Shown here: positions 1 through 13,311 of the stretch, one piece after another
How the letters are laid out: each line of letters starts with the position of its first letter
How positions within the stretch are numbered: the first letter of the stretch is position 1
From: Macrostomum lignano
Lineage: Eukaryota
DNA: 64,000 nucleotides
NCBI GenBank assembly: GCA_002269645.1
Contig: NIVC01000591.1
Coordinates: forward strand, 372,001 to 436,000
Direction of reading: 5' to 3'
Notes under the pieces: generated by a model
Told to the model about the DNA's origin: nothing
The model's input: only the letters and a program-made list of their open reading frames with translations
Database searches by the model: none
Position numbers and translations under genes: made by a program

Positions 1-377
1 TGCCCCTCTGTGTATGCAAAACCATTCGGTGTATTACCCGCGGCAACAACTGGTTTTGTCCATTTCCAAATACTCGCTCAGCTATACCAAAACTGTACAA
101 GCAGCTATATGGCAAGAGGACCAGGTGCTTTGAATAGGGCGCAGTTGCAGCACTTGGCTAGAAGATCACAAGCTGTTTTACGCCTCTAATAATGCATTCA
201 TTGCTGCTTAATTGCCTTGCAGTCCGCTATGGTTCTCGTGTTAAAATAAATTAATGCTTAAGCAAAGAAACCTTAAACTGCTTTAAGATTCCTAAAATGC
301 GTTTTAAACTTCATAAACTCCTAAAAGCCTAAACTTCAAACTTTCGTTGAAATTTACGTTCTTATGCTTTTAAAGAT

Positions 378-876
378 CCCACAAACTTGATGATTCCCAA
401 GCCTAAAGACCCACAAACTTGATGATTCCCAAGCTTAAAGACCCAAAAACTTGATGATTCCCAAGTTTAAAAATACCACAATCTTGATGATTCCCAAGCT
501 TAAAAATACCACAAACTTGATGATTCCCAAGCTTAAAGACCCACAAACTTGATGATTCCCAAGCTTAAAGACCCACAAACTTGATGATTCCCAAGCTTAA
601 AGACCCAAAAACTTGATGATTCCCAAGCCTAAAGATCCGACAAACTTGATGATTCCCAAGCCTAAAGACCCACAAACTTGATGATTCCCAAGCCTAAAGA
701 TCCCAAAAACTTGATGATTCCCAAGCTTAAAGATCCCAAAAACTTGATGATTCCCAAGCTTAAAGATCCCAAAAACTTGATGATTCCCAAGCTTAAAGAC
801 CCACAAACTTGATGATTACCAAGCTTTAAGACCCAAGAACTTGATTCCCAAGCTTAAAGATCCACAAACTTGATGT
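378..876. repeat. 32-33 bp minisatellite (AAACTTGATGATTCCCAAGCTTAAAGACCCAC)n
   Basis: About 15 near-identical tandem units read directly; explains the periodic ORF 597..806. Confidence 0.95.
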
Positions 877-1174
877 TCCTATTTAAGCTACTTTAAGTAG
901 GAAGTAGGCGCACGTAATGACAAAGTAATTGTGAATTGAAACGAGATTTTGAGTTAACAAGACACTGCACGTGACATTTTGCTTAACGTCGATGAAACTT
1001 CCGATTCAATAGCACATATACTCGTGGTCTACTGGTTTAAATTGGTCTCAGTGGATAAGTGAAACTCTGAGGGCTCGTGACTCCTATTTGTGCGATTATA
1101 GTATAGTTTTTACCTCGAGAAAGTTTTGCAGTTAACGTCGAAGAGAGACCCTGGTATAGGGAATTGCGAACCAT

Positions 1175-1703
1175 TTGCATGACTCGCCGAAAGGTACGCC
1201 GTGGTCGCTCCCACTTGCCGGCAAGCCGGACGAAAGTGGTTCGCTCTCGAAGTCAAAATCGGCAATCCTGAACCTAATATACAACCGCTTTATCGTACGT
1301 AATGAGATTCTGACGGTCTGGAAAAAAATCCCTGATCTTTCACCGGCTGAGAGAAAGCTCCACAGGATGACGGAGCGTCTTATCGCCCGAAATTCTTCCT
1401 CCCGCCTCTTCCTATAAGTCTGAAGAAGATCCTTGGTAAGCAGCATCCGGTAACCGACTTTGGCCTGACCGCTTGCAAACTCCCAACCTGTGGCGACTTG
1501 GCTTTCGATCGCACCATTCAACCGCGACAGCTCCCTCTACAACTGGTCGAGTAGATGGTCGGCGCCATCGACCTGCGGATGGCCTTCGAAAATGCTCTCC
1601 GACATTTACCGAGTCCGACTTATCAAACCAAATTAAGACTTTAACCTCGTACATCCTTGGTCCGCGGGATCTACATGTATGGACCAATCCGATTGAGGTA
1701 TAG
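1175..1703 (+). pseudogene. Possible decayed transposon-associated (DUF4806/BEN-like) coding remnant
   Basis: Two ORFs in different frames (1175..1417, 1473..1703). The segment RKCSPTFTESDLSNQIKTL resembles the C-terminal helix of such domains from memory. Similarity is weak and unverified. Confidence 0.25.
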
Positions 1704-2108
1704 CCACGTTTATCTCGCTAAGTTTATAACAAAAGTGAGCTCTTAGGTTGAGTACAAGGCACATTGCCTTGAGATAAGCATGAAGAACTTCATGACTGAC
1801 GCATCGCAGCCGGTGAAAATCAGCTTGTTTTTTAGGAACACCTGCAGAATTTCACAGCTCTCAATTGTTCTCTTTTGATGGAAGTTTGTCAATTACGAGC
1901 TATATTAAATATGAGCAGAAAGAATCTGCAGCGACAAAAACCCAGCCGGCGGCTAAATCCAGTGATGTAAATCAGAGCCTCCTTATTAGCCACGCCACCT
2001 GCTATTTGCTGCATCAAAGCAGCATAGGGAATCTTGCATAAATCAGACAGCGGGAGAAGTTTTTCGCATCACTTCTGGCTGGCGTTTCAGGTCCTCTATC
2101 CAAGTCAG

Positions 2109-2951
2109 ATGCTCTCACGCGCCATCGCTCTTCTGCTGTTGCCTCTGCTGCTGCTCTGCCATCCGGCCAACTGCTGCAGACAGCTCACCTCCTTCCATGC
2201 GATCCTCACCTCCAACTGCCTGTCTCCAGCTCGCTACCAGATGCTTGACCTGTACATCGCAAGCTGCGCATTTCGCTGTCGGGCAGCTCCGCGTTGCCGG
2301 GCCTTCGCCATGGAGGCCGGACACGCCTCGGACGCTCAGGTCTGCCTGCTGTTCTCCTTCGATGCCTGCAGCTCGCAGCTGCTGCTCGATGCCAGCTCGA
2401 TGGCGAGCAGCGGCTGCGCCAGCCGGCAGCTCCGAGTCTTCGTCAAGCAGTCGGAGGGTCTTCAGCCGGGCCGGCTCTGTCCCGCAGACTATCGTTGGGT
2501 CTCCGGCGTCAGCGGCAGTCGGTTCAAGGGCTCGCTGTACAAGGCTGCTGGGAACAGGGGGCGAGCCTCTTGGACTGCTCAGGCCGACAGCTGTCGGAGC
2601 TTCTTGAGCAGCTTTGAAGGGTCCGCCATGCCGCTGACGAAGCTGGCCGATCTCAGCGGCATCGAGGAGCTGCAAGACCTAAAAGCGTCAGTTGGACTCT
2701 CTGGCGACATCTGGGTAAGCGCATCGATTCTGAGCAACGGCAGCTGGGCGTGGGCAGACTGCGGCTGGCCGCTGCCGCTGCTGAACATCAACAATGGCGG
2801 CCTTTGGCGGTCTGGGGAGCCAAACGATGGAAACAGCTTGGATATTCGAGCCAGAATTTCTGGTTTTAGCCTGAGAGACTATCCAGGCTCAAGGCGGTTC
2901 TTTCGAGCCTGCGAGTGCGTAGATCCGTTTGAGTTCTTCACGACTCGCTAG
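2109..2951 (+). CDS. Secreted PAN/Apple + C-type lectin domain protein (intronless, 280 aa)
   Basis: ATG at 2109 gives a hydrophobic signal peptide (MLSRAIALLLLPLLLLCHPANC). PAN-like Cys pattern CAFRCRAAPRCRAF...CLLF. CTLD features: SW..A..SC, IWVS (WIG-like), GSWAWAD, WRSGEPND (EPN motif) and terminal C-E-C. Confidence 0.8.
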   Translation: MLSRAIALLLLPLLLLCHPANCCRQLTSFHAILTSNCLSPARYQMLDLYIASCAFRCRAAPRCRAFAMEAGHASDAQVCLLFSFDACSSQLLLDASSMASSGCASRQLRVFVKQSEGLQPGRLCPADYRWVSGVSGSRFKGSLYKAAGNRGRASWTAQADSCRSFLSSFEGSAMPLTKLADLSGIEELQDLKASVGLSGDIWVSASILSNGSWAWADCGWPLPLLNINNGGLWRSGEPNDGNSLDIRARISGFSLRDYPGSRRFFRACECVDPFEFFTTR

Positions 2952-3711
2952 CGTGAGAGACAACCGAGCAGCAACGCGGACTTTTAGTCAAGAGCTTATC
3001 ACTTCAATGCATGCAGAGTCATTACGAATAATTATAAAATAAGAAGTTATTTTTACATACCAGGCAAACGGCGTAGTCCTAATGAATAAACAATATGCGT
3101 TTAGATTTTTATATGAATAGACTTGCAGTGAACTAGAAAATGACATCATTATATCCACATCTTTATTTATCTACTTGTACATGTCTTTATTCGATTGGCT
3201 TGTGGAAATTTTTAACGAGGTTTTATCAGCAATAATTCTCTTAGAATCAAACAAAAGTTAATCTCCATGTCGCCTCCTGGATTAAAGGTGAAATCTATAT
3301 ATAATCCGTTTTTTACTTGAAAATCCCAACATTACTTTTTATTTATTATCAAAAAAATTCTGAAATACTTTTAGACCCACTGTCGACTAAAGAGCGAATA
3401 CTTATCGTAAAATCTATAATGAGATTACAGTGGAACTGTAAAGATCCTGGCCTCTTTTGTCTGAAATAGATTACTTTTCTATGACTCTCTTTATTGACAT
3501 TTGTTTTAAACGTCACAGTTGATTTTGTTGATCAATCTTCTGAATTATTCCAGTTGTGTGGTTATACATAGTTTTATTATGTATATAGTTTTATAGTTTG
3601 TTTTATTTCTCTATCATTCTAATCAACTGTGCTAAAATTGTTTCTTTCTATTACTAGTAAACTGAGTAGTGCGATTGCTTATTTCACTATTATAGAAAGG
3701 TCTATATTTTA

Positions 3712-4274
3712 CAGCCCAGACACACAATTCCATCAGCCAGACACACACAATTGCATCAGCCAGACACACACAATTCCATCAGCCAGACACACACAATTGC
3801 ATCAGCCAGACACACACAATTCCATCAGCCAGGCACACACAATTGCATCAGCCAAAGACACACAATTGCATCAGCCAGACACACACAATTGCATCAGCCA
3901 GACACACACAATTGCATCAGCCAGACACACACAATTGCATCAGCCAGACACACACAATTGCATCAGCCAGACACACACAATTGCATCAGCCAGACACACA
4001 CAATTGCATCAGCCAGACACACACAATTGCATCAGCCAGACACACACAATTGCATCAGCCAGACACACACAATTGCATCAGCCAGACACACACAATTGCA
4101 TCAGCCAGACACACACAATTGCATCAGCCAGACACACACAATTGCATCAGCCAGACACACACAATTGCATCAGCCAGACACACACAATTGCATCAGCCAG
4201 ACACACACAATTGCATCAGCCAGACACACACAATTGCATCAGCCAGACACACACAATTGCATCAGCCAGACACA
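3712..4274. repeat. 23-bp minisatellite (CAGCCAGACACACACAATTGCAT)n
   Basis: About 24 highly homogeneous units; all three plus frames show 23-residue periodicity. Confidence 0.97.
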
Positions 4275-4323
4275 GAACACACAATTAAAGGTAGACATAA
4301 AAACTCGAAAGTAAAAAACAAAT

Positions 4324-4555
4324 TCAGCTCACTAGTTGACCTCCTCTTGATTCGTGGTTGCCAGGGTTACGGCCGCCCTCAGCTTCAACTGGCTGAAGTT
4401 CGTAGAGCAGCGGGTTCAGCGTCATTCCCGCCAGCTTGCCGGTAGTCGACTGGACTCGCCTGTCCAGCAGACTCTTGAAGCTCTGGGCATCGCCAACCAG
4501 CTGCTTCGGATGACCGACAGATGTGACGAGCAGCTCGGCCAGTATTGAGCCCCGT
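4324..4555 (-). CDS. Exon encoding the C-terminal half of a SEA domain (partner of exon 16207..~16600)
   Basis: After acceptor ccctcag (AG at 4557-4556) the frame reads RGSILAELLVTSVGHPKQLVGDAQSFKSLLDRRVQSTTGKLAGMTLNPLLYELQPVE. The phase-2 join to ...KVLAFR gives VLAFRRGSILAEL, the SEA F-R-x-G-S-V/I motif. The 3' end is uncertain (stop at 4324 or an internal donor). Confidence 0.55.
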
Positions 4556-4639
4556 CTGAGGGTCCAGGTTGGATGAGGAATGCGCAGAGTTGAAGTTCTA
4601 CGGACTAATTCTACAGGCTGACAGGCTGGCGCCTCAGGT

Positions 4640-4925
4640 TAAATGGCGCCCCCTCAGATGAAACTGGCGTCCCCTCAGATAAAACTAGCGTCCCCTCAGA
4701 TAAAACTGGCGCCCCCTCAGATAAAACTGGCGTCCCCTCAGATAAAACTGGCGTCCCCTCAGATAAAACTGGCGCCCCCTCAGATAAAACTGGCGTCCCC
4801 TCAGATGAAACTGGCGCCCCCCTCAGATGAAACTGGCGTCCCCTTCAAATGAAATGGCGCCCCCTCAGATGAATCTGGCGCCCTCTTGGATGAAAGTGGC
4901 GCCCCTACAAAGGATGGCGCCCCTG
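4640..4925. repeat. 21-bp GGCGCC-core minisatellite (TGGCGCCCCCTCAGATAAAAC)n
   Basis: About 13 tandem units; same family as 10020..10297. Confidence 0.9.
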
Positions 4926-5427
4926 AAGCTGGCAATTATTTGCTAACATTCTATTTTGAAATGCAAAATTTTATATTCAGCGATTTTCTACCAATCGCCT
5001 ACTGATAAGTAGCCAGTTTCAGGCATGACACTACGAGCGTATAAATCTAAATGAAAAAAGCTCCTTGAACTGCAGTGCAAACATTTAAGTCTCCTCAAAG
5101 CACTAAATGCGTTTTTATCAGTGAAAAAGTGGTTAACAAAGCAGAACAAACTTCCTGAGAAAAGTGCAGCCTTTTTTCATGCTGCTGCTGGCGGACAGAA
5201 AAGATCGGACAAAAGGCAAACTTCCGTGCGCGCAGCTCAGAGCAGAATTTGTGTGGCAATTGAAATTATGCTGGCTGCATGCATTAAACCTGTGCTGACT
5301 CAGCTGTGCAGGTACTGCTGGTAATGAGGACAGGGAACAGGCTGAGAGTGTAAAATTAAAACTTGGAGTAGGAGCGGATAAAAGCTTTTCTTGAATATGA
5401 TTGAAAAAATATTGCTACTGAAGAATA

Positions 5428-7331
5428 TAGAGAGCAGAGATTAGAGAGCAGAGAGTGAAGAGCAGAGAGTAGAGAGCAGAGAACAGAGAGTAGAGAGCAG
5501 AGAGTAGAGAGTAGAGAGCAGAGAGTGGAGAGCAGAGAGTGGAGAGCAGAGAGTAGAGAGTGGAGAGTGGAGAGTAGAGAGCAGAGAGTGGAGAGCAGAG
5601 AGTAGAGAGCAGAGAGTAGAGAGTAGAGAGTAGAGAGTGGAGAGCAGAGAGTAGAGAGCAGAGAGTAGAGAGCAGAGAGTAGAGAGTGGAGAGCAGAGAG
5701 TGGAGAGCAGAGAGTAGAGAGCAGAGAGTGGAGAGTAGAGAGCAGAGAGTAGAGAGCAGAGAGTGGAGAGTAGAGAGTAGAGAGCAGAGAGTAGAGAGTA
5801 GAGAGTGGAGAGCAGAGAGTGGAGAGCAGAGAGCAGAGAGCAGAGAACAGAGAGTAGAGAGCAGAGAGTAGAGAGCAGAGAGTGGAGAGTAGAGAGTGGA
5901 GAGCAGAGAGTAGAGAGTGGAGAGTGGAGAGCAGAGAGCAGAGAGTGGAGAGCAGAGAGTGGAGAGCAGAGAGTAGAGAGCAGAGAGTGGAGAGTAGAGA
6001 GCAGAGAGTAGAGAGCAGAGAGTGGAGAGTAGAGAGTAGAGAGCAGAGAGTAGAGAGTAGAGAGTGGAGAGCAGAGAGTGGAGAGCAGAGAGTAGAGAGC
6101 AGAGAACAGAGAGTAGAGAGCAGAGAGTAGAGAGTAGAGAGCAGAGAGTGGAGAGCAGAGAGTGGAGAGCAGAGAGTAGAGAGTGGAGAGTGGAGAGTAG
6201 AGAGCAGAGAGTGGAGAGCAGAGAGTGGAGAGCAGAGAGTGGAGAGTAGAGAGTGGAGAGCAGAGAGTAGAGAGCAGAGAGTAGAGAGCAGAGAGTAGAG
6301 AGCAGAGAGTAGAGAGCAGAGAGTGGAGAGTAGAGAGTAGAGAGTAGAGAGTAGAGAGCAGAGAGTGGAGAGCAGAGAGTGGAGAGCAGAGAGTAGAGAG
6401 CAGAGAGTAGAGAGCAGAGAGTGGAGAGTATAGAGCAGAGAGTAGAGAGCAGAGAGTGGAGAGTAGAGAGTAGAGAGCAGAGAGTAGAGAGCAGAGAGTG
6501 GAGAGCAGAGAGTAGAGAGCAGAGAGTGGAGAGCAGAGAGTAGAGAGCAGAGAGTAGAGAGTAGAGAGTGGAGAGCAGAGAGTAGAGAGCAGAGAGTAGA
6601 GAGCAGAGAGTAGAGAGTGGAGAGCAGAGAGTGAGAGCAGAGAGTGGAGAGCAGAGAATGGAGAGCAGAGAGTGGAGAGCAGAGAGTAGAGAGCAGAGAG
6701 TAGAGAGTAGAGAGTGGAGAGTAGAGAGTAGAGAGTGGAGAGTAGAGAGTAGAGAGCAGAGAGTAGAGAGCAGAGAGTGGAGAGCAGAGAGTGGAGAGTA
6801 GAGAGTGGAGAGCAGAGAGTAGAGAGCAGAGAGTAGAGAGCAGAGAGTAGAGAGCAGAGAGTGGAGAGTAGAGAGTAGAGAGCAGAGAGTAGAGAGCAGA
6901 GAGTGGAGAGCAGAGAGTGGAGAGTAGAGAGTGGAGAGCAGAGAGTAGAGAGCAGAGAGTAGAGAGCAGAGAGTAGAGAGCAGAGAGTGGAGAGTAGAGA
7001 GTGGAGAGTAGAGAGTAGAGAGCAGAGAGTAGAGAGCAGAGAGTAGAGAGCAGAGAGTAGAGAGCAGAGAGTAGAGAGCAGAGAGTAGAGAGCAGAGAGT
7101 GGAGAGTAGAGAGTAGAGAGCAGAGAGTAGAGAGCAGAGAGTAGAGAGCAGAGAGTAGAGAGCAGAGAGTAGAGAGCAGAGAGTAGAGAGCAGAGAGTGG
7201 AGAGTAGAGAGCAGAGAGTAGAGAGCAGAGAGTGGAGAGCAGAGAGTGGAGAGTAGAGAGCAGAGAGTAGAGAGCAGAGAGTAGAGAGCAGAGAGTGGAG
7301 AGTAGAGAGTGGAGAGTAGAGAGTAGAGAGC
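5428..7331. repeat. 7-bp purine-rich satellite (GAGAGCA/GAGAGTA/GAGAGTG)n, ~1.9 kb
   Basis: Continuous 7-mer variants; source of the spurious 666-aa and 658-aa L/S-rich ORFs. Confidence 0.97.
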
Positions 7332-7911
7332 GGAAAATCTGTCGCAGAAACCTCACTTTCGCAGCAAATTGAACTGAAATACTTTATATGCAGAAGATCG
7401 GTCATCCAAGTGGTCAAAAATCAAATCGCCATATAAGTGGTTGAAAATCTGTCTTACCACACACCATGCAGGCCACACACACATTGCGTGTCAGAGAACA
7501 CACGCACCAAAGCCTTAGAATCCTTCCTGTCAAGACCGTGGGCGTGGAACGGCTAAAGCCAGTATAAAAATAAAATCGAAAAGTTTTTTTTTCATTTTCT
7601 CTCGATCTTCGCTTTCAGGGTGGTGGTGGCCAATGCACAGCCTGTGGTAAACTTTTGTCCTAGGAGAAGAAGTCACAATTCCGATAGTCAGACAGATAGA
7701 TGTCCAGAGGACAAAAGCGCAGTGGCCCACAGTTGGAGATGTCAGGTCTTTCTGCTTTTTAACTTTCGATGTACAGGTGCATGCTTCTCAACTGCACTGT
7801 TCAGTGCATTGGGAGTCTAGGGGAAGCTTTTATTCAGCTTTTTTCGCACTAAATAAGTGTGTTTGTTCGAGCTCGTACTCTGTTAGTGCTCCTCCATTCA
7901 TTTCCGCATCT

Positions 7912-9345
7912 TTCTTTCTTCTCTCTCCCTTTCTCCCTCTCTCTCCCTCTCTCTCCCTCTCTCTCCCTCTCTCTCCCTCTCTCTCCTTCTCTTCCTCTTT
8001 CCTCATCTCCCTCTCTCCTCCGTCTATCTCTTCTTCCTCTTTCCCTCTCTCTCTCACTCTTTCTCCCTCTTCTCCCTCTCTCTCCATCTCTCTTCCTCTC
8101 TCCCTATCTCTCTCCCCCCATCTCCCTCTCTTTCCCTTCTATTTCTTCTCCCTCTTTCCCTCTCTCTCTCCCTCTCTCTCCCTCTTCTCCCTCTCTCTCC
8201 CTCTCTCTCCCTCTCTCCCCATCTCCCTCTCTTTCCCTTCTATTTCTTCTGCCTCTTTCCCTCTCTCTCTCCCTCTCTCTCCCTCTTCTCCCCCTCTCTC
8301 CCTCTCTCTCCCTCTCCCCCCATCTCCCTCTCTTTCCCTTCTATTTCTTCTGCCTCTTTCCCTCTCTCTCTCTCTCTCTCTCCCTCTCCTCCTCTCTCTT
8401 CCTCTCTCCCTCTCCCCCTCTCTCTTCCTCTCTCCCTCTCTCCCTATATCCCTCTCTCCCTCTCTCCATCTCTCCCTCTCTCCCTCTCTCTCCCTCTTCT
8501 CCCTCTCTCTCCATCTCTCCTTCTCTCTCCTTTTTTTCCCTCTCACCCTCTCTCTCCCTTCTATCTTTCCTCCCTCTTTCCCTCTCTCCCTCTCTCCCTC
8601 TCTCCCTCTCTCCCTCTCTCCCTCTCTCCCTCTCTCCCTCTCTCCATCTCTCCCTCTCTCCCTCTCTCCCTCTCTCCATCTCTCCTTCTCTCTCCTTTTT
8701 TTCCCTCTCACCCTCTCTCTCCCTTCTATCTTTCCTCCCTCTTTCCCTCTCTCCCTCTCTCCCTCTCTCCCTCTCTCCCTCTCTCCCTCTCTCCCTCTCT
8801 CCCTCTCTCCATCTCTCCCTCTCTCCCTCTCTCCCTCTCTCCATCTCTCCTTCTCTCTCCTTTTTTTCCCTCTCACCCTCTCTCTCCCTTCTATCTTTCC
8901 TCCCTCTTTCCCTCTCTCCCTCTCTCCCTCTCTCCCTCTCCTCCTCTCTCTTCCTCTCTCCCTCTCCCCCTCTCTCTCCATCTCTCCCTCTCTCCCTCTC
9001 TCCCTCTCTCCCTCTCTCCATCTCTCCCTCTCTCCCTCTCTCCATCTCTCCTTCTCTCTCCTTTTTTTCCCTCTCACCCTCTCTTTCCCTTCTATCTTTC
9101 CTCCCTCTTTCCCTCTCTCCCTCTCTCCCTCTCTCCCTCTCTCCCTCTCTCCCTCTCTCCCTCTCTCCATCTCTCCCTCTCTCCCTCTCTCCCTCTCTCC
9201 CTCTCTCCCTCTCTCACTCTCTCCCTCTCTCCATCTCTCCCTCTCTCCCTCTCTCCATCTCTCTCTCTCTCTCCTTTTTTCCCTCTCACCCTCTCTCTCC
9301 CTTCTATCTTTCCTCCCTCTTTCCCTCTACCTCCCCTCTGTCACT
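7912..9345. repeat. CT-rich low-complexity array (CTCTCTCC)n with duplicated higher-order blocks
   Basis: Almost pure pyrimidine on the + strand; recurring blocks such as CCTTCTATCTTTCCTCCCTCTTTCC. Confidence 0.95.
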
Positions 9346-10019
9346 CTCTTCTCAAACTCCTCATCCTCCCTCTCACCCCAACCCATTCCCTACACACGCC
9401 TGCATGCCACCTGTCCATCCGCACTCCATTCCAGCTGTCACTAAAAGTCTGTTCCTAAAATTTAACTTCATTCCCACACGCAAGCCAGCTTGATGATGAG
9501 TTTCAACTGTCAAAGCTGACCCTAGCCCAGCCGCACACTCAGGGACGAAGTCAATTATCGCTAGGATTAACTTCCTTATCCCCGCGGCTCTGACTGGGAG
9601 ATTTTTCCCAAACTCCCTAATCCCAGTAAACGATAACTAAAACTGCAGTACAGCTGAAGCACTGACTTAGCATGACAAAGTAAGCCTAGAGGGGGACAGG
9701 AAATCCTTTTTTCGATTGTTGGTCAATTGGGATTTGTGGTTGCTAACATACCTCTGCATCCACTGACATGTACAGTTTGGGTTCTTTAATCTAATCCGTG
9801 CCTGCCCTGGGGCAGTCTCTATCGAACTTCAGCGCTTCCGATATGTCCTGTCCGACTCTCTTTCTGTTCAAGTCTGCACCTTTTAACCTCTGTGGTCTAT
9901 TTGCCTGTCTCAGTGTATCCCACCTTTCTCCTACTCTTTAATCCATCTTCTTCATCCAGTCTAAAAATTTACTCCCTGCTTGTCTTTGTGTTTTCTATCG
10001 GTTGCTTTGTTCTCGTCTT

Positions 10020-10297
10020 CTCTCCCTCTTTCTCGGATGAATCTGGCGCCCTCTCAGATAAAATGGCGTCCCCTCAGAAGAAATGGCGCCCTCTCAGATG
10101 ACAGTGACGCTCCCTCAGATAAAATGGCGCCTCCTCAGATAAATATTGCCCCCTCAGATGAACTGGCGCCCTCTCAGATGAAATTGACGCTCCCTCAGAT
10201 GAAATGGCGCGCCCTCTAATGAAATGGCGCCCCCTCAAATAAAAGAGACGCTCCCTCGGATTAAATGGCGCCCCCTCAGATGAAATATCGCCCCTCT
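10020..10297. repeat. Degenerate 21-bp GGCGCC-core minisatellite (ATGGCGCCCCCTCAGATGAAA)
   Basis: About 13 degenerate units homologous to 4640..4925. Confidence 0.85.
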
Positions 10298-10849
10298 GAT
10301 GAAAAACCCTGGCCGCGGCCATGCAAAATGCAGGGCTGATAGCTTAGAGAATTTGAACTTCGATTACGCAGAAAGTGGTTTAACTAACTATAACAAATAT
10401 TTTACTAGTGCAGGATTTATATTGCGGAGTTTTTCGACTGTATGCTTGGACCTTCTCTGGTTAATTTATTTGATTCTCATAAAAATTAAAACAACGCAAC
10501 AGATTTCGTTGCGCAGTTTCGAAATTACTGAAAATTTCTAAATGATTGGAAAACCTATTGAAGACTTGAAAATTGACCTGCTCTCTTACTATAAGAAGTG
10601 AACAGGTTTAGTATTGCTGTGGTAGTCCACGTATAGAGACGAGCTGAGAAAACAGATATTTAGTGACAGCTGCAATGGATTACAGATGAAAATCATGGGA
10701 TGCAGGTGTGAATAGGATATAGGGTAGAGGTGAGAGAGAGATTTGATAAGGAGTATGAGAGGAATAAATGAAGGAGTAAGGAAGGCGAGAGTGGGAGAGG
10801 GAGCTGACGAAAGAGAGGTATTTGGAGTGAGAGGTACCGTAGGAAACGG

Positions 10850-11559
10850 AGCGGGAGAGGGAGAGAGAGGGTAGAGTGGGAGGGAGACAGATTGGGGAAA
10901 GAGAGAGATAGGGAGAGAGGGAAAGAGGGAGAGAGGGAGAGAGAGGAAGAGAGGGAGAGAGAGAGAGGGAGAGAGAGGGCTAGAGAGGGAGAGAGAGGAA
11001 GAGAGGGAGAGAGAGAGAGAGGGAGAGAGAGGGCTAGAGAGGGAGAGAGAGGGGGAGAGAGGCAGAGAGGGAAAGAGAGGGAGAAAGGGAGAGAGAGAGA
11101 GAGGGAGAGAGGCAGAGAGGGAAAGAGAGGGAGAGAGGGAGAGAGGCAGAGAGGGAAAGAGAGGGAGAGAGGGAGAGAGAGGGATAAAGAGGGAGAGAGG
11201 GGGAGAGAGGGAGAGAGAGTGGGAGGGAGACAGATAGGGGAAGAGAGAGAGAGGGAGGGGGAGAGAGGGAGAGAGAGAGAGGGAGAGAGGGAGAGAGAGA
11301 GGGAGAAAGGGAGAGAGGGAAAAAAGAGAGAGAGGGAGAGAGAGGGAGAGAGGGAGAGAGGGAGAGAGGGAGAGAGAGGGAGAAAGGGAGAGAGAGACAG
11401 AGGGCGAGAGGGAGAGAGAGGGAGTGGGAGGGAGACAGATAGGGGAAGAGAGAGAGAGGGAGAGGGAGAGAGGGAGAGAGAGACAGAGGGAGAGAGGGAG
11501 AGAGAGGGAGTGGGAGGGAGACAGATAGGGGAAAAGAGAGAGGGAGAGAGGGAGAGAGG

Positions 11560-11592
<33 letters not shown>

Positions 11593-11600
11593 GGAGATGG
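10850..11600. repeat. GA-rich low-complexity array (GGAGAGAG)n
   Basis: Almost pure purine on the + strand; opposite polarity to 7912..9345. Confidence 0.95.
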
Positions 11601-12009
11601 GTAGAGTAGGAGAGAACCAGGGAGTGGAAGCCAGTGCCAGGGAATCATACACTTGCCAAATAGCTAAACTAAATGCCCAAGCCCAGAACCCCCCCCCCCG
11701 CCCCCTAGCAGCCCAGTCAGGAATCCGCAACTTCAACATCGCGTGCAAATACCAACTGGGGACTTTAAAAAAAGCAGAGGTGTAAGCAATTAAGACCCGA
11801 TCTGCTCAAGTTACGAGCCCTAGCTAGTAACCTAGAATGCCCTCTGGTTCACTTCAAATTGGTCTTGTGTATTTTTTTAGAAAGGTCTAATCAGATAGTT
11901 GGAGTTAATAAGGGAATATAGATAAAAGAGGCAGCTAATTTTATTAATATTTCTAGCCCATGTGTTTTACTATGATAATTCTGACATGCATATGACATGC
12001 TTCAGGACT

Positions 12010-12318
12010 CTCAGGAACCTTCAGTGAGTATTCAGGACCCTGTCATGAACCTTCAGTGAGTATTCAGGACCCTGTTATGAACTTTCAGTGTGTATTCAGG
12101 ACCCTGTCATGAACCTTCAGTGTGTATTCAGGACCCTCATGAACCTTCAGTGAGTATTCAGGACCCTGTCATGAACCTTCAGTGAGTATTCAGGACCCTC
12201 ATGAACCTTCAGTGAGTATTCAGGACCCTCATAAACCTTCAGTGAGTATTCAGGACCCTGTCATGAACCTTCAGTGTGTATTCAGGACCCTCATAATCCT
12301 TCAGTGAGTATTCAAGAT
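12010..12318. repeat. 30-32 bp minisatellite (GAACCTTCAGTGAGTATTCAGGACCCTGTCAT)n
   Basis: About 10 tandem units. Confidence 0.92.
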
Positions 12319-13196
12319 CATAATGGTTATTCACTTCAGGTACCTCAAACTGCAGGTTACAAGTACACTGAGTGAAGACTCCTGAACCCCAAATGCAGCT
12401 CATACATTTAGTGCGGCAGTCTTCACCTTACCTAAAAAGAGATCAAATTTCATAACCATGCATGTAATACCCTGTGTATTTCAGTCCAATACCAAAATTC
12501 AAACGGACGAATTCAATCCTTCATCTCTCCGAAGCTGGCTCTCTTTTGTTTAATGGCTGCTGGGTCAATATCGCTCGCATTTCTGAGTATCGCTTGAGTG
12601 CTGTTTTATTAAAGCAATCTTTGTTCATATTTTATAGAGTCAGAGAGACGCATTTTAGTTACCATGGGATTGCAGCATAGACCGCTGGCTAGCTGCCTCA
12701 CCGTAATGTATTTCTATTGCAATACCATTTAGGTTATCTACAGTAATGAAACAGGTAAAAATCGAATAAATTTTTTGTGCGTCTTATGTTCACTGAAGGT
12801 TAAAAAGGGCCCTGAATGTTTTGTGTTTAATGGCCGCTAATTTGGTTGCTAGGGGCGCTACTTTGGTTGCTAAAGACGCTGCTTAGTTGTCAGGGCACTA
12901 ATTTGGTTGTTAGGGCCTCTAGTTTATTCAATAAGGTTAGGGTTAGAACACAGTAACAGCTCTTGGAGACAAGCGCACTCTTAAACAAGTGTAATAAACG
13001 TCGACACATAAAGCTTTTTATTAGTCATAAAAACAATAAAACAAGTTATGGAGATTTTCAAATATCCTTATTTTAGACTGGCTAATTATACTAAGAATGA
13101 AGATTTATGAGACATTTGGTAAATTTTGTTTTACCGAAAAAACTGTTTTTCTCATATCCGATGAGTCCCAGAAAATTTATGCTTCAAGCGTTAGGG

Positions 13197-13266
13197 GTGC
13201 TCTCCACTCTCTCCAACTCTCCTCTCCTCTCCCTTCTCTCCACTCTCTCCTCTCCTCTCCCTCCTC

Positions 13267-13311
<45 letters not shown>

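Noticed and set aside
1020-1090. Possible second SINE head (TGGTCTACTGG ... GGCTCGTGACTCC)
   Set aside because: Both boxes are degenerate and no tail or TSD was found.
2115-2794. Antisense and alternate-frame ORFs over GC-rich exons (also at 22082-23301, 26229-26702, 39730-40653, 50592-51538)
   Set aside because: These are shadows of GC-rich coding sequence with no independent motifs.
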